From Octopus vulgaris (taxonomy: Eukaryota), in assembly GCA_951406725.2 (NCBI GenBank), contig OX597821.1, positions 92,814,001-92,878,000 of the forward strand: DNA of 64,000 nucleotides, written 5' to 3'. A model generated the notes under the pieces. It had not been told where the DNA came from. It saw nothing but the letters and a program-made list of their open reading frames with translations, and ran no database searches. Positions within the stretch are counted from its first letter, which is position 1; each line of letters opens with the position of its first letter. Both the position numbers and the translations under genes were made by a program. Shown piece after piece: positions 1 through 13,354 of this stretch.

Positions 1-109
1 TCCTGCGAGTTAGACTATATCAAATTATCGGAGTGGAGAAGAGTAGGGCAATCACAGGAAAGCTTCAAGACCACAGGAAATGCAATGATTATTTGATGGT
101 AGACTGGTT

Positions 110-553
110 GTAGTAGCGGTGTTAGTGGCATCGGTAGTAGTGATAGAAGTGCTGGTAGTGTTGGTGCTAGTGGTGGTGGCGGCGGCGGCGGTGATGGCGG
201 TGGTGGTGGTGGCGGTGGTGGTGGCGGTGGTGGTGGTAGTGGTGGTGGCGGTGGTGTCGGTGGTAGTGGTGGTGGCGGTGGTGGCGGCGGCGGTGGTGGT
301 GGTGGTGGTGGTGGTGGTGGTGGTGGTGGTGGTGGTTGTGGTGGTGGTGGTGGTGGTTGTGGTGGTGGTGGTGGTTTTGGTGGTTTTGGTGGTGGTTGTG
401 GTGGTTTTGGTGCTGGTGGTTTTGGTGCCGGTGGTTTTCGTGGTGGTGGTTTTGGTGGTGGTGGTGGCGGCGGCGGCGGCGGCGGTGGTGGTGGTGGTGG
501 TGGTGGTGGTGGTGGTGATGGTGGTTGTGGTTTTGGTGGTGGTGATGGTGGTG
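110..553. repeat. (GGT/GGC)n trinucleotide microsatellite
   Basis: Directly visible; it explains the poly-V/T/H/W pseudo-ORFs. Confidence 0.95.
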
Positions 554-689
554 AACATGTACTCTGGGGGAAGGGGGCAGTAGTAATATCAGAAGAGCTG
601 ATAAAGGCAGTGTACTTAGTAACAGGGATAGTGGCGGTGATAGTGATGTTGGTATAGTGGTTGTTGTGGCAGTGGTATTAGTGGTATTG

Positions 690-1114
690 GGCGGCGAGCT
701 GGCAGAAACGTTAGCACACCGGGCGAAATGCATAGCCGTATTTCGTCTGCCGTTACGTTCTGGGTTCAAATTCCGCCGAGGTCGACTTTGCCTTTCATCT
801 TTTCGGGGTCGATTAAATAAGTACCAGTTACGCACTGGAGTCGATGTAATCGACCTAATACCTATGTCTGTCCTTGTTTGTCCCCTCTGTGTTTAGTCCC
901 TTGTGGGTAGTAAAGAAATAGGTATTTCGTCTGCCGTTACGTTCTGAGTTCAAATTCCGCCGAGGTCGAACTTTACCTTTCATCCTTTCGGGGTCGATTA
1001 AATAAGTACCAATTACGCACTGGGATCGATGTAATCAACTTAATCCGTGTGTGTGTCCTTGTTTGCCCCCCCCCCCCACTCTGTGTTTAGCCCCTTGAGG
1101 GTAGTAAAGAAATA
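690..1114 (+). mobile_element. tRNA-derived SINE, family A (dimeric form)
   Basis: Head GGCGGCGAGCTGGCAGAAACG, B-box GTTCAAATTCC, central CCTTTCATCCTTTCGGGGTCGAT..AAGTACCAG domain present twice; 14-bp TSD GGTATTAGTGGTAT at 674-687 and 1115-1128. Confidence 0.9.
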
Positions 1115-1817
1115 GGTATTAGTGGTATGAAAGTGATAACAGTGGTAATGACAAGGAGATTGCACGGGGTGGTGTTGATGTTGATTGCATTGAGCAGTCA
1201 TTTCTATTGGTGGAGGTAGTGACAGTGCGGGGGTGGGCGTTAATGGTGGTTTTAATATTTGCAGTATGTTGTTGATGTCGATGCTGTTGTTTATCTCTTT
1301 CTTAGGGCTTTGATCGAAGATATTCCAGCCATAACCGCTTAATCATTTTTAAGTACATTTAAAACTATATTTTCTAACAGTAAGGTTCAATTACTTGAAA
1401 ATTTTATTACTATCTCTAGTGGGTCAAGCAGCCACATAAAAGCTCCCTAGGCAGCTCACAGCTATTGATGTTTCATTCATTGGTGGTAATGGTGGTAATG
1501 GTGGTGGTGGCAACAGCGGCGGCGGCGGTGCCTTATGTGTCAGTGGTGATATAGTCATTGAGTTCAAATCTTCCTAGAGTCAAGTTTGCATTTAAAAATC
1601 TGGAAAGGTCAGTCAGGTGCTATGCTGTTTCACATCAAGCTAAATCTCTCTCTCTCTCTCACTCTCTTTTTCTTTCGCTCTCTCTCTCTCTCTCCCTTCT
1701 CAGTTCAATTACTCTATCAACCAATTTTCTCTCTATCACTCTTTCTTCTCTCATTATATCACTGTTTCTATTTAATTCAACCTCATTGAAAACAACTAGC
1801 GTGTAGCTGTCTGTCAT

Positions 1818-1848
<31 letters not shown>

Positions 1849-2229
1849 TACTGCTCCCTCCTCTGTAATCACTCTACGCTGGTTCCCTTTCTCTCATCCC
1901 TCTCTCTTGTCTATTCACCCTCTGGATCATGTTGATTTGAATGAGCTGAAACAATAAAGGACGGAGTAGACTTTTTTTGTCTTGGAGATAAGTTCAATTC
2001 AATAACACTAATGCTAACAAAATACATACAGTATATTCTGTAAAGTGGTTGGCATTAGGAAGGGTATCCTATCATAAAAGTCCTGGTAAAAATGTGAAGC
2101 CTATGAGTGAGATGTGGTTTCAACCCTTCTAGAAAAGCTATAACCCCCAAATAAGAATTGACTTGGGTTCTGATGATGACAAGTTCAAGCCAAGCATGCA
2201 TACAAAACTAGATATAAAATAAGGAAGAG

Positions 2230-2315
<86 letters not shown>

Positions 2316-2316
2316 G

Positions 2317-2362
<46 letters not shown>

Positions 2363-2363
<1 letters not shown>

Positions 2364-2890
2364 CCGAACTACTTGGTAAAATTACTAATTATTAATTGAT
2401 TAATTCATTTTACCCTTTATTATTATTTATAATATAATTCACTCCCTTATAGTGAACTGCAGTTTCTGCGGAATTACTCGTGGCATACGTGGGTGATTGA
2501 GGAAGAATGTGAGATCTCATTCGTCTGTTTGAATTTGGAAGGACTGGTTTTTGGATATAGCTATTCGATGGCGCTTGGTCGAATACATACGTTAATTATC
2601 AGTGCTCTCAAATTTAAAATTGAAATACTATACTGAAGAAGGAAATAAGTGAGTAGAAATATGATTTTACATCTTTTTACATCTCTTTAATCCAGATACG
2701 GGTACATACTTAATCAAAGCCGGGTGGATTCGTTACCCTTTCTCTTTACCTGCGTGAATTGTAAAAGTATTACTGTTTGGGAGATATCTTATGGTAGTGA
2801 AATTGTATTTAACTGCTATTTCTAAATTTCGGTATGTGGTGAAGCAAATTTTACTGAATCCTAATTATAATTATGCTTATAATTATAGAA
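2363..2890 (+). mobile_element. Non-coding Penelope/retrozyme-like element with degenerate hammerhead
   Basis: Bounded by (TA)n; CTGAAGA at 2633 ... GATAC-GG-GTA at 2695-2704; shares motifs (CTGCTATTTC, CCTAATTATAATTAT, CTACTTGGTAA) with the elements at 35855-37200 and 50020-50395. Confidence 0.45.
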
Positions 2891-3544
2891 TATTTGTATG
2901 TATATATATACAAAACAAAAACAACGTTATAGTACATGATTTGATTTTATTTGCAATAACAGAGGTATTGCATCTTCAGTGAGAAATATGAAACCCTGAA
3001 CCCTTCAACTAAAACGTCATTCTACACTCCTGTCAACTAATTTGTCTGTGATTGTTGATCTATTTCTAATAGCAAGGATAAATGTCTGACGAGAAAATAA
3101 ATAGCAAGAACTGTAGAGGAGAATTAAACAGCATTATCTTTACTTATTTTGGGAAAAATCTATTAATCTGTTGACTGAGTTATTTAGAATGTCTAAAAAT
3201 GGTGTTACATACAAGATGGATTGCCAGGATTCAAGATTTAGTGTTTTAAAAAATGATAAAAATTACGAAATAAAATAAAAATAAATGCAAAATCTTCGAT
3301 GCTGGTCTGGGGAGTAAGGTGAAGAATGTGAAACGATTATAGAAAAGTATGGGAATGTAAAATTGGAAAACAGAAATAACATAGTAACTGTTGCCCTAAA
3401 ATAATATTAAAACAAAAGACGATTTTCGGATTTGAAGTATAGCATAAAGGGCAAGTAACTCATCATATGTCAGTGGAAATAATTCGAAAACTCGAGAGTA
3501 TAAACTAATCAAGAGACATGTGAAAGTAAAGATCAAAATGAATT

Positions 3545-3855
3545 TATCATCATCGCTACCACCTCTTACATCATCATCGTGCAGTGTTGGCAGCAGTAAC
3601 GTCATCATCATCATCATCCTCATCGTCATCAGTATTGTCATCGTCATCATCGTCATCATCATCAGCTGCAACATTACTGTCGTTGTCATCATCATCACAT
3701 CGTCACCATCACTCGTCGTCATCATCATTGTCATCGTTGTCATTGTCATCATCAGCATCATTCTCCTCCTCATCATCATCATTATCATCATCATCATCAC
3801 CATCAGCAGCAGCAACAGCATTGTCATCGTCATCATCATCAGCATCAATAACAAT
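3545..3855. repeat. (TCA/TCG)n microsatellite
   Basis: Directly visible. Confidence 0.95.
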
Positions 3856-4184
3856 AGATAGACCAAATGTAGTTGAAATTTATTCAGCAAAAATCTTAAG
3901 TATTAAGTGGTGTATTTTTATGGCGGTCGATATAGAAATGAGTTGTGAGGCTGAGGGTGTATTCTAGTCACGAGAGTGGGATGTAATGAGTGTGCCCGGT
4001 AAACAAGAGTAGGATGTGATGAGGAGGGTGGGCTGTGTTGAGGAGGATGGGCTCTGGCAAGGAAGGTGGCCTGTGACCATGTTGGTAGTTGTACTGATGA
4101 ACGTCGGTTGTGATGATAAAGCTGAGATTTTGCGTTGTGGGTGGTTTTACTACTAATATGGGATCATAGTTGAAGTTGTTTGCC

Positions 4185-4745
4185 TTAGTGATTAGGTTAT
4201 ACGGTTCACGATCATGAGGTCGCTAGTTCGATTCCTGATGGCACATCGTATTCTTGAGCAAGACATTTTATTTCACGTTGCTCCAGTCCACTCAGCTGGC
4301 AAAAACAAGTAGTACCTGTATTTCAAAGGGCCGGCCTTGTCACAGTCTGTTTCACGATGAATCTCCCTGAGAACTACGTCAAGAGTACGCAGGTTTGTGT
4401 AGCGCTTAGCCACTTGCATGTTACTTTCTCGAGCAGAGTGGTTAAGATATTCTTCTCCCGATTAGGATGTCATGAGTTCGATATCCGGCGACGCATTATG
4501 TCTTAGAACAAAACACTTTATTTCACATTGCCCCAGTCCACTCAGCTGGCAAAAACGAGTAGTACCTGTATTTCAAAGGGCCAGCCCTATCACGTTTTCT
4601 CGATGCAGAATCTCCCTCAGAACTACATTAAAATTACACTTGTCTGTGGAGCACTCAGCCACTTGCATGTTAATTTCGTGAGCAGGCTTTTCCGTTGATC
4701 AGATCAGCTGGAACCCTCTTCATCGTAATCAGCGCAGTGCTGTTT
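4185..4745 (+). mobile_element. Two tandem degenerate SINEs (family D-like head, family C-like body)
   Basis: GTTCGAT B-box followed by ..TTTATTTCAC..TGC.CCAGTCCACTCAGCTGGCAAAA..AGTAGTACCTGTATTTCAAAGGGCC, present twice; body matches 20112-20475. Confidence 0.75.
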
Positions 4746-4959
4746 AGTGTGTCATTGTGTGAAGGCAGCTTGGGTTGTAGTAATCAAGACAAACACATTA
4801 TGAGAGCAGCAAGTGATGACAAAAGTGGATTGTCATTATGGAGGGTGGGCATGATAACCAGAATTCATTCTCGAGATGTCTGTGGGCACGATGATGATGG
4901 TGTGGAATTGAAGTGGTGTTAGTGTTTACGGTTATGTTGGTAACTGTAATGGTTTTGGT

Positions 4960-5480
4960 GGTTGTCATTGTAGTGGTGGTTGAGATGTTGCTAGTGGTTG
5001 TAGATACCAGTGTTGGTAGTTGGGTTTGTGTTGGGGCTAGTGGGGATTTTAATGATGCTGATAGTGGTAGTTGGTGGTGGTCGTCGTCGTCGTGGTCGTG
5101 GTGGTGGAGGCAGCGGCAGTGGCGGTGGCGGTAGCGGCAGTGATGGCGGCTGCGATGCCGGCAGCGATGGCGGCTGCGATGCCGGCGGCGATGGTGGCAG
5201 CGGTAGCGGTGTTGGTTGTGGCGGCGGCGGTGGCGGCGGCGGTGATGGCGGCGGCGGTGGTGGTGATGGTAGCAACGGTGGCAGCAGAAATGGTGACAGC
5301 GGTGGGGGTAGCGGTGGTGGCAGCGATGGCGGTAGCGGTGGTGGCAGCGATGGCGGTGGCGGTGGTGGTGGTAGCAGCTGCAGTGGTGGTGACGGTAGCG
5401 GGGTGGCGGCGGTAGTGGCGTGGCGGCGGTAGGTGGGGGGCGGCGGCAGTAGTGGCTGTAGTGGTGGTAGCAGTGTTTGT
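4960..5480. repeat. (GGC/GGT)n GC-rich low-complexity tract
   Basis: Directly visible; gives Gly/Ala/Pro pseudo-ORFs. Confidence 0.9.
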
Positions 5481-5802
5481 GATGGCATTGGTTGGTGGCT
5501 CTGTTGGTGTTGTTAGTTGCGGTTGCGTTGGTAGTTGTGATTGCAGCAGCTGTTCCAGTTGTGGTTGTAGTGATGTTGATGGTAGTCGTGGTTTTTGTAG
5601 ATCAGAGATAGTTGTGGGTATGAGGACAATTTACAATGAAGCTGGTAATTATGGCATTGTTAGACGTGTTAAGAAGACTGACATGATGTTTGCAATAGTC
5701 ATGAGGGTTAGCTGTTGGAATGCTGATGTGGTTTGTCATGATGCTGGCAAATATATTGTTGGTAGTTGTACTGTTGGCATTGGTACTCTCTCTTTTCTCT
5801 CT

Positions 5803-6209
5803 CTCTTTACTCTTTTACTTGTTTCAGTCATTTGACTGCGGCCATGCTGGAGCACCGCCTTTAATCGAGCAACTCGACCCCGGGACTTATTCTTTTGTAA
5901 GCCCAGTACTTATTCTATCGGTCTCTTTTGCCGAACTGCTAAGTAACGGGGACATAAACACACCAGCATCGGTTGTCAAGCAATGCTAGGGGGACAAACA
6001 CAGACACACAAACACACACACGCATAAATATATATATACATATATACGACGGGCTTCTTTCAGTTTCCGTCTACCAAATCCACTCACAAGGCTTTGGTCA
6101 GCCCGAAGCTATAGTAGAAGACACTTGCCCAAGGTGCCATGCAGTAGAACTGAACCCGGAACCATGTGGTTGGTTAACAAGCTACTTACCACACAGCCAT
6201 TCCTGCGCC
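5803..6209 (-). mobile_element. tRNA-derived SINE, family B (CORE-like)
   Basis: Reverse complement of GGCGCAGGA.TGGCTGTGTGG..GGTTCAGT..CACCTTGGGCAAGTGTCTT, internal (TA)/(TG) tract and (GTAAAAGA)n tail; matches 30744 and 37535 copies. Confidence 0.9.
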
Positions 6210-6819
6210 TATTGGTGTTGATATTGATGTTGATGTCGGTGTTGGTGTTGGTGTTGGTGTTGGTGTTGGCATAGATGATGGTTTTGATGACAAGGTTAAT
6301 AGATGGAGTTGCTGGTGTGAAACGACCCAAATAATCAGAAATTAAATAAGGTTGGAAAAAACTGATGCTAAGAAGATAGCGAGGAAAGAAAAAAGAAGAA
6401 AAAATAAAGAAAAAAATAAAGAAAGATGAATGAACCAGAGGGAGAAGAATGAAACAAAAGACAACAAAAAATGAATTAGCTATATAAATAATAAGAACGA
6501 TAAAGAAAGAGAATGAATACAGCCGCTGAGTAAACTTGCCCTGTGTTGTATCTTAACATGACAGATTCATGATGAGCTGACAGATTTGTGTGAAGATGTC
6601 TGCAGGATTTGCCTCATGTATCACCTAATTGAATAACAAGGTTTACCAAGTGTGAAAGTACAACTCTGCCCCCTTATGTTTGAATATATCGACTTAATTT
6701 TAATTATTGTTCTTGTAGTTGTTGTTATTGATTCTAATTTTTTCTTGTTCTCGTTTGTCTTTTTGCTACTGTTGCTGCCGTTTGTCGAAGAGTTTTTGCT
6801 GTTGTTGTTGTAGTTGTTA

Positions 6820-6820
6820 G

Positions 6821-6861
<41 letters not shown>

Positions 6862-6931
6862 GTGGTGATGGTGATGATGGTGATGGTGATGATGATGATG
6901 ATGATGATGGTGGTGGTGATGGTGATGATGG

Positions 6932-6990
<59 letters not shown>

Positions 6991-7130
6991 CTGCTGATGA
7001 TGATGATGATGCTGATGATGATGATGGTGATGATGATGATGATGATGGTGATGATGGTGATGATGATGGTGATGATGGTGATTATGATGATGGTGATGAT
7101 GGTGATGATGATGATGATGATGATGATGAA
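6820..7130. repeat. (GAT/GGT)n microsatellite
   Basis: Directly visible. Confidence 0.95.
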
Positions 7131-7857
7131 GCGGAAGAAAATAAAGATGTTGTTTTTATAGATGTTATGATATATTTTTTCTCCGGACTAGTATTGTTGT
7201 TTGTAGAGTTGTTGTTATTATTGTTGAGGTCATCGCCCTTTTTTTTGCAATTCTTGTTTAGCACCGGGTCAGCCCTTTATTGAGCAAACGTTCCTACAGT
7301 AGCCATTCCATTCCTCCTGTGTGCAAGGAACTCAGGACAACAACATCTATCATGTTCTTTTCAAAGATAGAAGAATTTGACTTCAGGGAAATTGGGTTGC
7401 TACTTCTGGCATATTGAACAACCATGTACAAACTCCCTTTTGCCGTTATTGATTTCATTATACTAATTTTTATTTTTATCCTTCTTATTGTTGTTGTTGT
7501 TGTTGTTGTAGACACTAATAGTGTGAAGATGTCGTTTTGATTTTCCGTTTGTATTATTTCAAGTGTTACCAAATAAATGTTTCTTTGAAGTACTTGCAAA
7601 AATAACTACAATAACAAAAGGATCTGCTGCCCTGTATACCAAGAATAGACAACAGAATGAAAGAGGTTTGTTTCACAAAATTTTGACATCTTAATTGCAT
7701 GTATTATATTTTTACATCAAAATAGCTAACAAAACGCCAGAACAAAGACTAAAAGTCATCCCAAAACGAAAACACACAACTACTTGTACAAGAAGAAGAC
7801 AAATGTACCAAACACTCGAATATGAAATTTAGAAGATAGAAACAACAGCAGCAACTA

Positions 7858-8060
7858 GTGGCGGCGCAATGGTCCAGTGGTTAGGGCAGTGGACTCACGG
7901 TCGTAAGAACGCGGCTTCGATTCCCAGACCGGACATTGTGTGCGTTTATTGAGCAAAAACACCTAAGCTCCACGAGGTTCGGGCGAGGGCGGCGTGAACC
8001 CCGCTGTACTCTTTCTTCCACCTTAACTTTCTCTCACACTTTCTTCTTACTTCTGCCACA
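7858..8060 (+). mobile_element. SINE family C, 5' portion
   Basis: A-box TGGTCCAGTGG, B-box-like GCTTCGATTCC; matches the reverse complement of 20330-20475. Confidence 0.8.
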
Positions 8061-8399
8061 AAGCAGAGGAACCATGGTGTAACCCACTATGGTGTGGTAA
8101 ACTTTAAGACCCTAGTCTAGATTGCGACCCCAGGATGGTTCAGCTCTGCACCCGTTTACGGAATGAGGCTAAGCCCGTGCAACCGCCAGTTTATCTCGTG
8201 TGGTGGGTGGATCTTCAAGTTGCCACACGCATTCTTAGTAGCTTAGAGTAGGCTCGAATTAGAGATTATTCTTTGTGGCTAATGGCGTGGAGTCCTGATT
8301 GGAAGAGGAAGGAGAAGAAGAACAGCAGCAACTCTTACATGATTCTAAATATTGTGGTTTATTCACATTGCAGCTGCGTGAAGACAAACCTTCCTTTAA

Positions 8400-9900
8400 C
8401 TATAAATGAACAAACAGAAATTTTGCACCTACAAGCTATAAGAAAGGCGTAGCTGTATGGTGAGAAGCTTGACAATACATTTGTGCTCCTGTACACATAT
8501 ACAGTCAATGAAATACAAAGGTGACCAAGGACACAGTCAATGAAATACAAAGGCGACCAAGAAACACAGGACACGACGTTGATTCATAGCTACTTGTAAA
8601 TTTTTTGTCTCAGTTTGGGATTTTAGTGAAGGCAGGCTTAATGGAAAGTAGCCTGTGACTAGATTTGCATGTCCTAATGACCTCCTAAAGTCACAGAGCC
8701 ATACGAAAATATGAAAATACAGGATAGAAAGCTTAGTTGTTATATTTGGTGGAACAGGTCGTGCCTTACAATTGACTGAATCGAAGAACTGGGAAGATTA
8801 AGCAAAAACGAGGGAAATGAAGATAATAAAAATCAACAATAACATGAAAAGTACAATTCCTAGTTTTCAGGGAACCACCCGCCAAAACTCTGGTGGTGGC
8901 AAAGGAAATATCTTTAGGCCATGTATCACAAACAGATGAGTAATTACCTCGTTTATGAACAGTGGCAGCCTGTAATACTACACTTTGATCGTGCGTTTGG
9001 GAAAAAAATAAATATAGATGAAAATACAAAAGGAAAAGGAGATAAAAGTCACGTAAAAAAGACTAAATATAAAAAAACGAACAAGCAAGAACATTTTCTT
9101 CTGAATGACAACGAAATCTATCTTCAGGAAAAGAACGAAGAAAATGCAGATGACGGAGGTGAACTATTTCTCACTGTTCTTGGAAAATCAAGCAAACAGT
9201 TAATCAGCATAATGACGCATATCTTAATACCTAAGAAGTTTAATGATGCAAAATCTGTTTGGTTCAGAATAAAAGAAAAAAAGCGAGATTCACAGTAAAA
9301 TTTAAATTAAGACATTATATCGAACTCAGACAAGAATACCCTCAAGGTGTTAATAATTTTCGCACCAAATATCACAGAAAATACTCACTGGTGCATTCGG
9401 TTGCACACGAAGACAGACTGAGAAATGGTAAAGTAAACAGAATAGTGAAATGATCAACTCAACATAGCCTGTAATCTTTCATGCTCTATATATTTAAATT
9501 ATATCTTGTTTGAATTATAGTTTTATTGTACTTTTATATTTCCGTGTAAATATATGCATGCATACGTGTATGCATGTGTGCATAAACACGTAGGCCTGGG
9601 AATAAAGAAAACTGCTGGTGTCGCTTTCACAGGTTTAATACACGTGATTTAAGCTGAACCGTAGTGGCCTAACACATATAAAGATCCGTCTTAAATTTCT
9701 CTCAGCTCTTTAAAATCTCACAAAACGTGGTTTTTCAGATACAACATCATCCTGGAGAGGCCGCTCCATACCATCCACACATCATGAGGTGCTGGCTGGG
9801 CAGACGGGCGGATTAGTTTAATTAATCGGGTCTGGTTTATTCCAGATCTCAAATTAGAGAACTGGAATGAGATAACGAGCATGCTGAGCATTTCCCCTAG
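8400..9900 (+). pseudogene. Possible highly decayed RTE-like LINE (endonuclease/RT remnants)
   Basis: Frameshifted fragments F-Q-G-(N-P-A)-K-T-L-V-V-A, YHKQ and HFDRAFGKK resemble RTE apurinic-endonuclease motifs; judged by eye only. Confidence 0.3.
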
Positions 9901-10445
9901 AAATGGCTCGAAAGAAAGCTATCCCTTCGTCATGGATTATCGCCGGACCATCGTCTCATGCACCACTTCATTTTTTACGAAACCGAAGTACAGTAAAATA
10001 TGAACTGGAGCAAGGCACAACGGACTTGAGTTAAGATAAACTGCCGGATCGAATGCTACAAAGCATTTGCTTTGATGATTCTGCCAATTCACCTACCTAG
10101 AATGGCTTCTAACGTTAGCACAAAGGCAGCAAATATGAGAGGAGGAGCTGTAGTTGATACTATCAACCCCAATATTTGACTGGTACTTATTTCATTGATT
10201 CCGAAGGGATGAAATGTAAAGCTGGAATCAATATAATTTGAATACAAAACTTTAAAAGTAAGTATAATGCGTGTTGGCCGACTTTAAAGGTTTCTGAAAG
10301 AAACACGAAGTCAGACATTTTGCGGCGGGGGCGGAGGTTAATCGATTGCATTGACCCCAATGCTTGACTGATCTTTTATTTTATCGACCCTGAAAAGATA
10401 AAAGACAATTTGTAAGTATTAGTTTACGACTTCGGCAGAAGTAAA

Positions 10446-11060
10446 GGCGGCGAGCTGGCAGAAACGTTAGCACGCCGGGCGATGTGCTTAGCAGTATTTC
10501 GTCTGCCGTTATGTTCTGAGTTCAAATTCCGCCGAGGTCGACTTTGCTTTTCATCCTTTCGGGGTCGATAAATTAAGCACCAGTTATGCACTGGGGTCGA
10601 TGTAATCGACTTAATCCGTTTGTCTGTCCTTGTTTGTCCCCTCTGTATTTAGCCCCTTGTGGGTAGTAAAGAAATAGGTATTTCGTCTGCCGTTATGTTC
10701 TGAGTTCAAATTCCGCCTAGGTCGACTTTACCTTTCATCCTTTCGGGGTCGATAAATTTAGTACCAGTCACGCACTGGGGTCGATGTAATCGACTTAATC
10801 CGTGTGTCTGTCCTTGTTTGTCCCCTCTGTGTTTAACCCCTTGTGGGTAATAAAGAAATAAGAATCATTAGCACGCCAGACAAAACACTTCGCAGCGCTT
10901 CACACATCTTTACGTTCTGAGTTCAAATACCGCCGAGATTCACTCTGTTTTTCATTCCTTTCGGGTGTCGATGAAGTAAGTACCAGTCGACCACTGGGAA
11001 CGATGTACCCGACTAGCCCCGCCACCAGAATTTCAGGCCTTGTAATTATAGTAGAAAAGA
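10446..11060 (+). mobile_element. SINE family A dimer (10446-10860) followed by an older related copy
   Basis: Near-identical to 690-1114; 10862-11060 is a diverged copy with an alternative tail. Confidence 0.9.
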
Positions 11061-11544
11061 TATTAGCACAAGTTCAGCAATATTGAGAGAAGGTTAGTCG
11101 ATTAAATGAACTCGAAAAACTTTACAGCTACTTTATTTTATAGACAACGGAAGAATGAAAGTCAATGCTGATCTCGGCAAGATTTGAACTCAGAGCATAA
11201 TGAAATGGAATAAATACCAGAACGTATTTTCTTCAACGTTCGAAGCAACTGTAAAAATAAAAATAGGGTAAAAACAAAATGCCGCCATAAAATATGAACC
11301 ATAAAGAAAGATGAGGAAATGGAAATGGCGGACAATAACAAGAACAGCAACGGAAACGATGGAAAGAACTACAAGAATCTCAATAACACTAATGCAAATG
11401 TTGTTAATAGTTGTAACAGCCGCAGCAACAATAAAACCTTCCCAAAGTATATTAATACCAGAAAGTATTTAATTTAAATAAAAATATCTAATAAAACAAC
11501 AAACTTACATCCACAAAAAATAAAACAATATATCTCATATCATA

Positions 11545-11579
11545 TGTGTGTGTGTGCGCCAGTGTGTCTGTGTATATAT

Positions 11580-11653
<74 letters not shown>

Positions 11654-11662
11654 GTATGTATA

Positions 11663-11698
<36 letters not shown>

Positions 11699-11708
11699 TG
11701 TATGTACA

Positions 11709-11757
<49 letters not shown>

Positions 11758-12551
11758 GCATAGCGATAGATAGCTAGATAGATGTCTATCTATGTGTGTG
11801 TGTGTTTATACACTCTCAGTTTGAAATATATCTTTACATAGACACGCGACGCACAAGTGTACACCTGCAAATACATACGACCATAGATTCGTACATACAT
11901 ATTATAATACGTACATACAGACACACATGATTTTTCCATGTAAAATTGCGCATATATATATATATATATATAATTATGTATATATATGCATGTACGCATG
12001 ATATATGCATGCATGTATGTATATTTGTATGCATAAAGGGAAGAAATATTAAACAAGATAGTGTTTACTGTTTTAAAAATTGATTCATATAAAAACGCAA
12101 TTCTTGTGCACAGTATTATAAAAGAATTAAATTTAATCGTTGTCAAATCCTCTTGTCCCTTTTCATAATGCAATGTCTGGAAAATAGCTGTGTATTCTTA
12201 TATTTGAATTTATATGTGTTTTTAATAATAGTTCCTAGTGTCTTTTTAGTATTAGTAAAGTTGAATCTTCTTAGGAGTTGGAAAATATTACAGTGATATT
12301 AAGCTGAATGTGTGTATGTGTGTATGTATGTATGCATGTATGTATGTATGTATGTATGTATTTATGTATGTATGTATGCATCTGTGTATGGCTGTATGGA
12401 TGGATGGACAGATGATTGGGTGGATGGATGGATGGATGATTGGATAGGTGAGCGGATAGATACATACGTGTATATATATATATGTCTACATATATATACA
12501 TATATATATATATGTCTACATATATATACATATATATACATATATATATAC

Positions 12552-12582
<31 letters not shown>

Positions 12583-12658
12583 CATATATATACATATATA
12601 TATATACATGTATGTATGCACATATTTATAGACAACACACACACACATACACTAACAC

Positions 12659-12712
<54 letters not shown>

Positions 12713-12725
12713 ATATATATATACC
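11545..12725. repeat. (TA)n/(TATG)n/(TG)n/(GGAT)n microsatellite cluster
   Basis: Directly visible. Confidence 0.9.
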
Positions 12726-13354
12726 TATGTTAAAAGCTGAGGAGGGGGAGGATAACGACGACGACGACGACAATATATTGTCTTCTTTTTTCTCTTTATG
12801 AGAGTAACTTTAAATTTATGGAAAATGTGCACGATTTCTTTAAAATTTTTTAAAATTTATTTTAATCTTCTGCATTCATTTCACTTTTTCTTTTTAACTG
12901 AAAGAAAGTTGAGTTGGGTAATAGCTATACAGTCGAGAGTCACAGAAATAGCTGAATGAATCGATAGTTCGTACCATACCTACAGTAATGCTGTATACCC
13001 ATAGGCAAAAAGATTTTTGCTCGCTCAGTTTTGCAAACTTAGTTGATAGAACTGTTACTTCTATAATTGGAGTTCGATGCCAATTATAGAAACAGGTACA
13101 GTTTCACTCTTTTAAGTGTTGTTTGTGAACCATTTCCATTTAATGAGAATTTTGTTTTGCATTTAAAAAATTCATTTTGCATTTGAAAAATTTGTTTTGC
13201 ATCGCAGTTCGTGAACTATAGCATCGTTCTGAACAGAGCTTCGGCATGCAACCTACTTGTACACTACATTCTTGATAGGAAAAGTGATTAGGATGTGTCA
13301 CGGCTATTTCATTCTTTATTGATGTTTATATCTTCCAATATGTGTCTCGAGAAA

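Noticed and set aside
52-835. Long ORFs of poly-Thr/Val/His/Trp (similar ones at 3396-3967, 4991-5488, 6814-7161, 25902-27322, 39772-40105, 54646-55020)
   Set aside because: They are translations of stop-free trinucleotide microsatellites, open in several frames at once.
690-1114. CRISPR-like repeated units
   Set aside because: Tandem SINE body duplication; no spacers, and the context is eukaryotic.
6520-6660. Non-repetitive island resembling an exon (also 38040-38170)
   Set aside because: Stops in candidate frames, weak splice sites and no recognisable protein.
11488-12801. YI/CV/HT-repeat ORFs throughout the window
   Set aside because: Dinucleotide and tetranucleotide microsatellites.
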